A stretch of 64,000 nucleotides of DNA from NCBI GenBank assembly GCA_951812955.1, contig OX638340.1, forward strand, positions 1,152,001 to 1,216,000, in the 5' to 3' direction. Made by a program: the position numbers and the translations under genes. Positions within the stretch are counted from its first letter, which is position 1. Every line of letters starts with the position of its first letter. Source of the DNA: an uncultured Gemmatimonadota bacterium. Its GTDB lineage: Bacteria > JAAXHH01. Shown one piece after another: positions 48,659 through 57,207 of this stretch. The notes under the pieces are model-generated. The model made no database searches, was not told the DNA's origin, and saw only the letters and a list, made by a program, of their open reading frames with translations.

Positions 48659-50896
48659 ATGAAGTTCTGCCGGCTCGAAATCTGCAACTGGATGGCCGCG
48701 CTTATACTCCTGTGGACCGCCGCAGGTTGCGCGAGCACACCGAGACCCGTTTCCCATGACGCCGATATCGGAGGCGTGATGGAAGCCGGCAACGCGTCAA
48801 TGCGCAACGGAGACTACGAAAGCGCCATCTCCTTCTACCGCAGGGCATTGGCGATCGACATGACGGATTCTGAAGCCTTCGGGAACCTCGGCGTGGCCTA
48901 CTACTACCTGGAAAGATACGATGATGCGGTCCGGGAGGTATTGCAGGCCGTCGTACTTTCACCCGAAGAGATCAACTGGCGGCTCAACCTGGGTGCGATC
49001 TATACGCGCAGGGATGATCACGAAGGCGCTGCGAGGGCCTATGGCGCCGCCGTCGATATCGCCCGGGACCTGCCGGACGAAAACCGGCATCAGCTACGGA
49101 ATGCCCTGCTCGGCCTGGGGCGGTCGTGTGAAATGGTCGGCTGGTACGACCGGGCGCTTGAGGCCTACGAAGAGGCACTGGTGTTCGGACCCGAGGACAC
49201 GGAACTGCTGACAGGGGCCGGCAACGTGTATTTCCGGCTGGGACGGCTGGACGAGGCCGAAGCGTCTTATCAACGCACGCTGGCGCGGGATTCCACCCAC
49301 ACCGTGGCCAGGTATAACGTGGCCCTAATCTACGCCAGGACGGGACGGTACGAAGAGGCACTCGAACTCTTTGAGGATAATCCCGCGGTGGACAGGCAGC
49401 TGGAAGGCGCCCTGGAAGGGAGTACCGTGAGCGCCGTGGACCGGTCGAAGACGCGCAGCATCACGGCCTATCGCGCCAGGCTCGAGAGAATGGGCGGAAC
49501 GCCGCCCCCCGTCGCCAGGCAGGGGCGCCGAGCGAGCCGGCCGCTGCCCTATATCCACGTGATGGGCGTGTCCTATTACGAGCAAGGTGCATACTTCGAG
49601 GCGATGCAGGCCTTCGAAAAGGCGCTGGAGGAAGACCCGGGGCTTGCGGACGCTCATCTGTATATAGGTAATATCCACGCCAGGCAGAATCGCCATGCGT
49701 CGGCGATCGATGCCTATGAAAAAGCGGTAGATGCCGACGCAGAATTCGCCGAGGCCTATAACAACCTGGGCAGCATGTATGCCAACGTGGACCGGACCGA
49801 AGACGCCATGGCGGCATATAGGAAGGCGCTCTCGCTCAACGATCGATTCTATGACGCCCGGACCAACCTCGGGCTGCTGTATGCAGAGGCCGGGCGACTG
49901 GATGACGCGGTCGACGAGTACATGCAGGTCATCCGGGCCGATGTAGGCATCGCCGAGGTCCACAACAACCTTGGCATGGTGTATCTCAGGCAGGGGAGGT
50001 ATGACGATGCCAGGGAACAGATTGAAAAGGCCATAGCGCTTCACGCCGGCTTTGCGGAAGCCTACAATAACCTCGCGCTTACATACAGCAGGAACATCGT
50101 CCTGGACGATGTGATAGAAACCTGGCGTGAACTCGCGGCCGGGTGGGCGGGTCATGATCGCACGACCGGGACGGTCTACGACTGGCTGCCGCTCCGGCGC
50201 GTTCCCGCCCATTCCTCCGCCGTGGGCGGCGAAGCGAGATCGGCCTACCGCGACGGAGTCGATGCCGCCTTCGCACATGACCTGGACACCGCGATTTCCC
50301 GCTTCGAAGAAGCCCTTGCGATGCGGCCCGGGTGGAGCGCCGCGCGGATGGCCATCGGCGCCGTGTTGCTGGCCCAGGGGAAATGGGACGCGGTGGAATC
50401 AGTAGTCGCAGAAGCCCTGGACCCGGAATCTTCCGATCCGCTGCCCAATGCCATCCTGGCTATCGCGCAGGTATCCGGCGGCGACTACGGCTCGGCACTG
50501 ATGTCCTGGGAAGAATCGGTCCGATTTGCCGCGGAACCGGACAGAACGGCCGCGCGTGAAGCGCTGGAGGCGATGCGTTCGCGTACCGAGGCAGGAGAAA
50601 GCGTGTTGAATGCACTGGACCGGGCCTTGGCGTTGCGGCCGGGCTTTACAACCGCTCATTTCAATATTGGTCTTGTCAATGACCAGTTGCACCGGTACCA
50701 TCAGGGCATTCGAAGCTACAGGGAAGTCGTCCGCCTCGCCCCGGAGCTTGCAGCCGGACATTTCCGTCTTGGTATCGCATACTACCGGTTGGGGGAGTTC
50801 GAAAAGGCCCGGGATTCGATGCGCGAGTACATTCGTCTCTCCGCAGATCCCATGCTGCTCCCCCAGGTAGAAACCTTCTTGAATAAACAGGGGTAG
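48659..50896 (+). CDS. TPR-repeat lipoprotein
   Basis: Signal peptide plus lipobox AAGCAST and more than 12 tandem TPR units (xAxxYxNLGxxYxxxGxxxxA). Confidence 0.8.
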   Translation: MKFCRLEICNWMAALILLWTAAGCASTPRPVSHDADIGGVMEAGNASMRNGDYESAISFYRRALAIDMTDSEAFGNLGVAYYYLERYDDAVREVLQAVVLSPEEINWRLNLGAIYTRRDDHEGAARAYGAAVDIARDLPDENRHQLRNALLGLGRSCEMVGWYDRALEAYEEALVFGPEDTELLTGAGNVYFRLGRLDEAEASYQRTLARDSTHTVARYNVALIYARTGRYEEALELFEDNPAVDRQLEGALEGSTVSAVDRSKTRSITAYRARLERMGGTPPPVARQGRRASRPLPYIHVMGVSYYEQGAYFEAMQAFEKALEEDPGLADAHLYIGNIHARQNRHASAIDAYEKAVDADAEFAEAYNNLGSMYANVDRTEDAMAAYRKALSLNDRFYDARTNLGLLYAEAGRLDDAVDEYMQVIRADVGIAEVHNNLGMVYLRQGRYDDAREQIEKAIALHAGFAEAYNNLALTYSRNIVLDDVIETWRELAAGWAGHDRTTGTVYDWLPLRRVPAHSSAVGGEARSAYRDGVDAAFAHDLDTAISRFEEALAMRPGWSAARMAIGAVLLAQGKWDAVESVVAEALDPESSDPLPNAILAIAQVSGGDYGSALMSWEESVRFAAEPDRTAAREALEAMRSRTEAGESVLNALDRALALRPGFTTAHFNIGLVNDQLHRYHQGIRSYREVVRLAPELAAGHFRLGIAYYRLGEFEKARDSMREYIRLSADPMLLPQVETFLNKQG

Positions 50897-50902
50897 TCCG
50901 TA

Positions 50903-50981
50903 CCGATGCGTTCCGGGAACGGTAGTTCGAGCCGATGCGTTCCGGGAACGGCATTCCGCTTCGGTGCGTTCCGGGGACAGG
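50903..50981. repeat. Three 29-bp-spaced direct repeats each containing the palindrome CGTTCCGGGAACG
   Basis: CCGATGCGTTCCGGGAACGG occurs at 50903 and 50932, with a variant at 50961, between the TPR gene and the next ORF. Confidence 0.8.
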
Positions 50982-50995
50982 AAACCTAAGCGCAT

Positions 50996-51838
50996 ATGAC
51001 CGATAAAACGCTCGAACAAGTCGTACTCGAAAGGCCGTTTCCCGAATATGCCGCCTGGTGGCAGGTAGGCAACGAATTCACCACGTTCATGTCCGATGCC
51101 ATTGTCAGCGAATGGAAGGCGCTAGACCCGCACGACGATGGGTTTACGGACGTCGAGGCAGACGCCGATTCATATATACGGACGGTGTACGGCAGGCCGG
51201 CCAGGCGTGGATTGCTGGAGTCCTTTGTTCGTCCCGACGGTGAAACGACTTTGCAGTCCGGCGAATTCGACGCGCTTTCCTACGCGTTTTACCGGTCGGC
51301 CTTCCAGCTGATCGAAAGGCATGCCGATCGCTACGATTACTCACTGGAGCGTGAACGCCGCCTGTTTACCATACGGGTGGGGAAGTTGTTCTTCGACCGC
51401 CTAAGGTGCTACCTCGCGCTGGACCTGCCAGATGACCTGGCCAGGCAGGACCGGCTCGACCAACTGTCCAGCGGCATCGACCGCATTGGCCGTTTCCTGC
51501 ACGACCAGGGATACCTCCGCAGTCATTTCGCATTCCGTTTCGACGTAGATATCGAGCATGGCGGCGCGCGGATTGCTCAGCAAGCCCATGACGTTATTCG
51601 TTGCCTGCATCAGAATCAACCGGCCTATGCGTTGTACGAGATGGGTTATCCCGTGATTCTTCCGTCTGCGGTCTATCTTTACCACACGATCGGCGAGGCG
51701 CAGCATCATTCTTCCCGAACCATCGAGAACCTGTTCGGCGCGGTAGGCTACGACGCCAGGGAGACGGACGACTTCGATCCCATCGGCTATCCTGCCGACA
51801 TGGTAGTCGAACTCTGGGAAATACGAAGAATCGGATGA
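50996..51838 (+). CDS. Hypothetical protein
   Basis: 280-aa ORF in operon position upstream of the 2OG oxygenase. No recognisable motif. Confidence 0.4.
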   Translation: MTDKTLEQVVLERPFPEYAAWWQVGNEFTTFMSDAIVSEWKALDPHDDGFTDVEADADSYIRTVYGRPARRGLLESFVRPDGETTLQSGEFDALSYAFYRSAFQLIERHADRYDYSLERERRLFTIRVGKLFFDRLRCYLALDLPDDLARQDRLDQLSSGIDRIGRFLHDQGYLRSHFAFRFDVDIEHGGARIAQQAHDVIRCLHQNQPAYALYEMGYPVILPSAVYLYHTIGEAQHHSSRTIENLFGAVGYDARETDDFDPIGYPADMVVELWEIRRIG

Positions 51839-51891
51839 GAACCCGTGCGGACCGTACCGGTTTTGCCCGTGCCCGTGAGAGGATCAGGACC

Positions 51892-52734
51892 ATGAAACCC
51901 GTGCGTCCCGCCGCCCTGGTCGACGTCGGCCGGTACCCGATGGATAACCTGGACGGTCCTTCCGGTACGGAGTTCCTCGCGTCCTGCCGATCCGAGCTGC
52001 AGGAGAAGTCCATCTGCGTGCTTGAGGGTTTCGTGAAGCCACATGCGCTGGCCGGCATGGTGAAGGAGACCCGCGCCCTGATCCCGCTGGGCTATTACTA
52101 TGACAGGCCACGCACAAGCTACGAGGGGAACGACTACGTTGACCGGAACTGGCCCTCCGACCATCCCAGGACGGTCGAGCACACAAACAGGTACCGGCAG
52201 GTCCTGAACTACCAGATACCCAATGACAGCCTCGTACGCAGTGTATTTCACTGGCCGGCGCTGACCGAATTCGTGCGAAGGATACTGGGATTCGATACAC
52301 TGTATACGTGCGCCTGTCCCCACCTTGCCCTGACCCTGCAGATCGCCATGGAAGGCGACAGCAACGGGTGGCACTACGATTCCAACAACGGGAACATCAC
52401 GCTGTTGATCCAGGAGCCCGATTCCGGTGGGGAGTTCGAATACGTACCCGGCCTTCGGGAGGACCACGACGAGCACTACGACGACGTGCGCGCCGTCTTC
52501 GAAGCGCCTCGGCGCCACGCTCGCCGCACTGACATCCGGCCGGGCACACTCGTGCTGTTCAACGGCAAGTACGCGCTGCACCGGGTTGCTCCGGTCGGAC
52601 CGACGAAACGGCCCCGGATCATCGCGATCTTCAGCTACGACAGGCGCCCGGACAAGCTATTCTCCCGAGACTACATCGACATGGTGCGCAGCTTCAGGCA
52701 GGACGCGGAAACGGGGCTTAACCCGAGACCGTAA
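51892..52734 (+). CDS. Fe(II)/2-oxoglutarate-dependent oxygenase-like protein
   Basis: WHYDSN (HxD) plus a distal LHRV His. Internal Met start with a GAGAGGA RBS; the ORF upstream of it looks non-coding. Confidence 0.5.
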   Translation: MKPVRPAALVDVGRYPMDNLDGPSGTEFLASCRSELQEKSICVLEGFVKPHALAGMVKETRALIPLGYYYDRPRTSYEGNDYVDRNWPSDHPRTVEHTNRYRQVLNYQIPNDSLVRSVFHWPALTEFVRRILGFDTLYTCACPHLALTLQIAMEGDSNGWHYDSNNGNITLLIQEPDSGGEFEYVPGLREDHDEHYDDVRAVFEAPRRHARRTDIRPGTLVLFNGKYALHRVAPVGPTKRPRIIAIFSYDRRPDKLFSRDYIDMVRSFRQDAETGLNPRP

Positions 52735-52776
52735 AGAGTAGACTCCTGAATCCGCACAAGCCGGTAATTCCTGGCC

Positions 52777-54168
52777 ATGACCTTCATAGAACCCTACGTA
52801 GTCGCCTTTTCCAACCTGGTGTGGTCATACGTATTCTATCTGATCATCGGCGGCGGGGCGCTGCTGTTGCTTTACAGCCGCTTCGCGCCGTTCCGGTACG
52901 TGAAACACGCCTTCGACCTGGTCCGCGGCAGGTACGATGATCCTGCCGACCCAGGGGACGTTTCCCACTTCAAAGCGCTCGTCAGCGCCCTCTCCGCCAC
53001 GATTGGCATGGGAAACATTTCAGGCGTCGCCATCGCCATCTCCACGGGAGGCCCCGGAGCGATTTTCTGGATGTGGGTCAGCGCCTTCGTCGGCATGGCT
53101 ACCAAGTTCTTTACCTGTTCGCTGGCCATCATGTACCGGGCGCGAGACACCGCGGGACGCATACAAGGCGGTCCGATGTACGTGATTTCGGAAGGCCTGG
53201 GGAGCGCCTGGAAACCCCTGGCTTTCCTCTTCGCCGTAGCCGGCGTCATCGGATGTCTCCCGCTCCTGCAACCCAACCAGTTGATACAGATTTTCCGGGA
53301 CGTCGTGTTCTCGTCCTACTTGTCTCCCGGAGATGGCCACTTCCAATTCGATCTCATCGCGGGTGTGGTTCTGTCCGTCCTGGTAGCGGCAGTGATTTTC
53401 GGCGGAATCACCCGCATTGCGGAAGTGGCTTCCCGCGCCGTTCCCGCCATGGTGGTTCTCTACATGGTCTCGACGCTTTGGATTATCCTGAACAACCTGG
53501 ACGAGGTGCCCCGGTACCTGTCTCTTATTCTTACCGATGCATTCACCGGGACCGCGGTGGCGGGTGGCCTGGTCGGTACGACCATCGTCACCGGGGTCCG
53601 TCGCGCGGCGTTTTCCAACGAGGCCGGCATAGGCACGGAAGCGCTGGCCCACGGCGCCGCCAAGACCGACGAGCCGGTTCGGGAAGGCCTCGTCGCCATG
53701 GTGGGGCCGGTCATCGATACGATGATCGTTTGTACCTGCACGGCCCTTGTCATCCTGATGACCGGAGTATGGCGGACCACATCGGACGACGGAGTAACGC
53801 TCACCGCCGGCGCGTTCGAAGCCGCCATGCCCGGTTATGGTGCGTACATCCTGACCGTATGCGTGTTTTTCTTCGCCGTTACCACGCTGTTGACCTACTC
53901 CTACTACGGCGCCAAGTGCCTGAGCTTTCTGATCGGCGCCCGGTATGCAAAGTACTATAACGTGGCCTATGTCATCTTCGTCGTGGTCGCCTCCGTCGCC
54001 TCGATTGACGCGGTGATCAGTTTCGCCGACGCCCTGTTCGCCCTCATGGCGATTCCGACCATGACTTCCGCCTTGCGTCTCGCTCCTGCGGTAATGAACG
54101 CTTTCCGAAGGTACAACGCCTCTTCGACGCACGGCAGAAAGAAGTCAGTAAGACCTTCCGCTGTATAG
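52777..54168 (+). CDS. Alanine/glycine:cation symporter (AGCS family)
   Basis: SALSATIGMGNISGVAIAISTGGPGAIFWMW is the AGCS signature. Confidence 0.8.
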   Translation: MTFIEPYVVAFSNLVWSYVFYLIIGGGALLLLYSRFAPFRYVKHAFDLVRGRYDDPADPGDVSHFKALVSALSATIGMGNISGVAIAISTGGPGAIFWMWVSAFVGMATKFFTCSLAIMYRARDTAGRIQGGPMYVISEGLGSAWKPLAFLFAVAGVIGCLPLLQPNQLIQIFRDVVFSSYLSPGDGHFQFDLIAGVVLSVLVAAVIFGGITRIAEVASRAVPAMVVLYMVSTLWIILNNLDEVPRYLSLILTDAFTGTAVAGGLVGTTIVTGVRRAAFSNEAGIGTEALAHGAAKTDEPVREGLVAMVGPVIDTMIVCTCTALVILMTGVWRTTSDDGVTLTAGAFEAAMPGYGAYILTVCVFFFAVTTLLTYSYYGAKCLSFLIGARYAKYYNVAYVIFVVVASVASIDAVISFADALFALMAIPTMTSALRLAPAVMNAFRRYNASSTHGRKKSVRPSAV

Positions 54169-54369
54169 CCTTATAAATCCCGGTAAAAGGCAGATTTGGA
54201 AACTCCCACTCTATCCTGCTCATTACTTAAAAAAAACAACATTTTGTATTGGCAACTTTAACATTAGTCGCCATATTGCAATTACTGGTTATTCACCACA
54301 CCATTTACCCACACTACGAGGGGGGAGGCGTTACATCGAATCCACCATTCACGAGTAAGGAGAATTGCC

Positions 54370-57174
54370 ATGATACACCGTAGGTTTATTTCCTGGATTG
54401 CGCTTGCGCTGTTTGCTCTGGTCTCGACCGATGCCATCGCACAGCAAGATCAGGAAATGGAAGAGATCGATTTCGTCGCCGAAGAAGTGACCGTTACCGG
54501 TTCCCGCATCAGGGGCGAAGCCGCAGAATCTACCGCACCCGTTATAATCCTCGCTAAAACACAGATTCAGGAGTTGGGGCTCGCGTCCATCGGCGACGTG
54601 CTCCAGACCCTGACCGTCCAATCCAACGCCATCAACACCCAGGCCAACAACGGCGGAGACGGATCCACTCGGATCAGCCTTCGCGGACTGGGCTCTACCC
54701 GAACATTAGTACTGGTCAACGGCCGCCGTTTCGTGCCGGGCGGCACCGGGGCGAACTCGTCCGTCGATCTGAACTCCATACCCGCGTCCGTGATCGAACG
54801 AATCGAGGTGCTTAAAGACGGCGCCTCGGCCGTGTATGGTTCCGATGCCATCGGAGGTGTCGTAAACGTTATTACGCGGTCCGACCTGGAAGGCGTGGAG
54901 TTCGAGTACTACCAGGGCGTTTCGGGCGCGGGCGACGGTGACGTGATCGACGCGAGCATAACCGCCGGCTTGCGAAGCGGCCGGGGGAGTATCCTGTTCT
55001 CCGCCGGGTACCACAACCGCAAACCGGTCTGGACCGGCGACCGCGATTTCAGCGCGGCGGACAAGAGCTATGACTGGGGTGCGAACGACGGAACCTTCAC
55101 CACCAGCGGCAGTTCGGCCACGCCCGAAGGAACCATTATCGACCGTTTGGGTGAGGAGGGCAACGCGGCCTGGCAGGCGATTGTTGACAGGGCCGGGGAA
55201 GACGCTGGAGTCTACTTTAACGCACCATCCGGTGGGTGGCGTCCCTTCAACTTCTCGGGAAACTCGCTGGACGGGACAGGCGACCTGTACAACTACCAGC
55301 CGGCGAACTACCTGTACACGCCGCAGACAAGGTACTCCGCGTTTCTAAGTGGCAATTACCTTTTCAACGATAATCTGAGCGGGTTTTTCGAGGTGTCGTA
55401 CACTAACCGGCAATCGGACCAGAAGCTAGCGCCGACTCCTCTGTTTATCTTCTTCGAAGATGATGTCTCGGTGTCAGAGGAAAACCAATACAACGAATAT
55501 GGCCGCGACTTCTTGGACGTCCGACGGAGATTCGTCGAAGCGAGCAACCGCAACTTCCTGCAGGACCTCGACACTTACCGGATCGTCCTCGGACTGGATC
55601 ACGAATTCAGAGGATTTACCGGAGACCTGGCCTTTTCCTATGGCCGCACCAGCGGAACCAACATAAACGAGGGCCGGTTCATCCTGAGCAATGTAAGGAA
55701 AGCGCTGGGACCTGATTCGGAGTGTGTGGCGCCCTGCGTACCCCTCGACCTGCTGCACGGGCCCGGTACAATCACGGAGGATATGCTTAAGTACATTCAA
55801 TACACCGGCATCGCCAGGGGTTATACGAAGCAGAGAATCCTGCAGTACAACCTGACCGGTGACCTGTATGAATTGCCGGCGGGACCCCTTGCCGTGGCCG
55901 TAGGTGCATCGTCCAGGTGGGAAGCGGGTGGCGCTATTCCCGATCCCATTACCGCCACGGGCAACACCACGGGCAACAAGGAAGAAGCGACCGAGGGCGA
56001 CTACTCGGTCCGCGCAGTTTACGCCGAGACCAGCATTCCTGTGTATCAGAACGAGATGGGCGGCCTGGACATTACGGCCGCGGGCCGTCTTTTCAACTAC
56101 GACACCTTCGGTACGGACTTCACGTACGAGGCGGGCGCCCGGCTCGAACTCCCACGGGGCCTGGCCTTCCGTTCGACCTTCTCAAAGGCATTTCGTGCAC
56201 CGAGCGTCGCCGAGATGTTCCTGGGACAGAGCGACAGCTTCCCGCTGGTCAGCGATCCGTGCAGCGTCGTGGACGAGGCCGGCAACCCGCGCAACCTGTC
56301 TTCGCAGCAGAGGAGCAACTGCGCGTCCGCGGGGGTACCTGCGGATTTTGAAGACACCAGGGCACAGCTCAGGGCCCGGATCGGTGGCTCCACCGATCTC
56401 GATCCCGAACGAGCCAACACGGTCACGGCCGGCGTGGTGTACCAGCCCGAGTTCATGGAAAACCTCGATGTCGCAGTCAGTTACTACGCCACAAAGATCG
56501 AGGACGAAATTGGAGCACTCGGCGCGGGTCTGATCCTGAGCAACTGCTACTCCCAGGACAGCCCGACGGACTGCGACAAAGTCCAGCGTGACCAGAGCGG
56601 AGTGATCAGAAACATCTTCTCGACCGCCACCAACATCGGCGAGACGGAAACCAATGGGCTGGACTTCGAACTGAATTACTTCGAAGACACGCCCCTCGGC
56701 CTGCTCTCGGCACGGCTCGAATCCAATTACCTCTTCGCCTACGACGTGTACCTGCCCATACCGGGTGGTTTCGAACTGGTCCAAGGCAGAGGGTATTACG
56801 ACCTGGGTGTGTACCCCACCTGGCGGCACAACGCCAACGTCGGGTTGAAGTGGAGCCGCACATCGGCGGGTGTGACTTGGCAGTACACCGGTGGATTTCA
56901 GGAGTGCGAAGACGATGACTGCAAGGGCCTGTACCGCGACGACGTCGAAACGTCCCCGACGGTCCGGGACGTGGATGCGAACCACCTCTTCGGCATCCAG
57001 GGGTCCTACCGGTTGTTTTCACGGGCAGGCGGCTCCATAATAACGGTCGGTGTCAACAACGTGTTCGACACGGCGCCCTCGGTGATCTTCAACGGGTTCC
57101 TGGGCACGTCTGACGCGTCGACGTACGACTTTCTGGGCAGGTACCTGTACATCCGTCTGTCCCACTTTTTGTAG
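54370..57174 (+). CDS. TonB-dependent outer-membrane receptor
   Basis: Signal peptide, TonB box/plug (VTGSRIRGEA...), TBDR barrel and C-terminal aromatic. Confidence 0.85.
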   Translation: MIHRRFISWIALALFALVSTDAIAQQDQEMEEIDFVAEEVTVTGSRIRGEAAESTAPVIILAKTQIQELGLASIGDVLQTLTVQSNAINTQANNGGDGSTRISLRGLGSTRTLVLVNGRRFVPGGTGANSSVDLNSIPASVIERIEVLKDGASAVYGSDAIGGVVNVITRSDLEGVEFEYYQGVSGAGDGDVIDASITAGLRSGRGSILFSAGYHNRKPVWTGDRDFSAADKSYDWGANDGTFTTSGSSATPEGTIIDRLGEEGNAAWQAIVDRAGEDAGVYFNAPSGGWRPFNFSGNSLDGTGDLYNYQPANYLYTPQTRYSAFLSGNYLFNDNLSGFFEVSYTNRQSDQKLAPTPLFIFFEDDVSVSEENQYNEYGRDFLDVRRRFVEASNRNFLQDLDTYRIVLGLDHEFRGFTGDLAFSYGRTSGTNINEGRFILSNVRKALGPDSECVAPCVPLDLLHGPGTITEDMLKYIQYTGIARGYTKQRILQYNLTGDLYELPAGPLAVAVGASSRWEAGGAIPDPITATGNTTGNKEEATEGDYSVRAVYAETSIPVYQNEMGGLDITAAGRLFNYDTFGTDFTYEAGARLELPRGLAFRSTFSKAFRAPSVAEMFLGQSDSFPLVSDPCSVVDEAGNPRNLSSQQRSNCASAGVPADFEDTRAQLRARIGGSTDLDPERANTVTAGVVYQPEFMENLDVAVSYYATKIEDEIGALGAGLILSNCYSQDSPTDCDKVQRDQSGVIRNIFSTATNIGETETNGLDFELNYFEDTPLGLLSARLESNYLFAYDVYLPIPGGFELVQGRGYYDLGVYPTWRHNANVGLKWSRTSAGVTWQYTGGFQECEDDDCKGLYRDDVETSPTVRDVDANHLFGIQGSYRLFSRAGGSIITVGVNNVFDTAPSVIFNGFLGTSDASTYDFLGRYLYIRLSHFL

Positions 57175-57207
57175 TCTGCACGAACTGTAAACCGACAGGT
57201 CCCGGTC

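Noticed and set aside
49325-50278. 317-aa ORF antisense to the TPR gene
   Set aside because: The TPR repeat periodicity is only present in the + frame.
51601-52734. 377-aa version of the 2OG oxygenase ORF
   Set aside because: The first 97 codons overlap the 3' end of the upstream gene and are Arg-rich. An internal Met at 51892 has a good RBS.
53020-54132. 370-aa ORF antisense to the AGCS symporter, plus the 295-aa + strand ORF 53073..53960
   Set aside because: The AGCS signature is in the 52777 frame. The others are Arg/His-rich artefacts.
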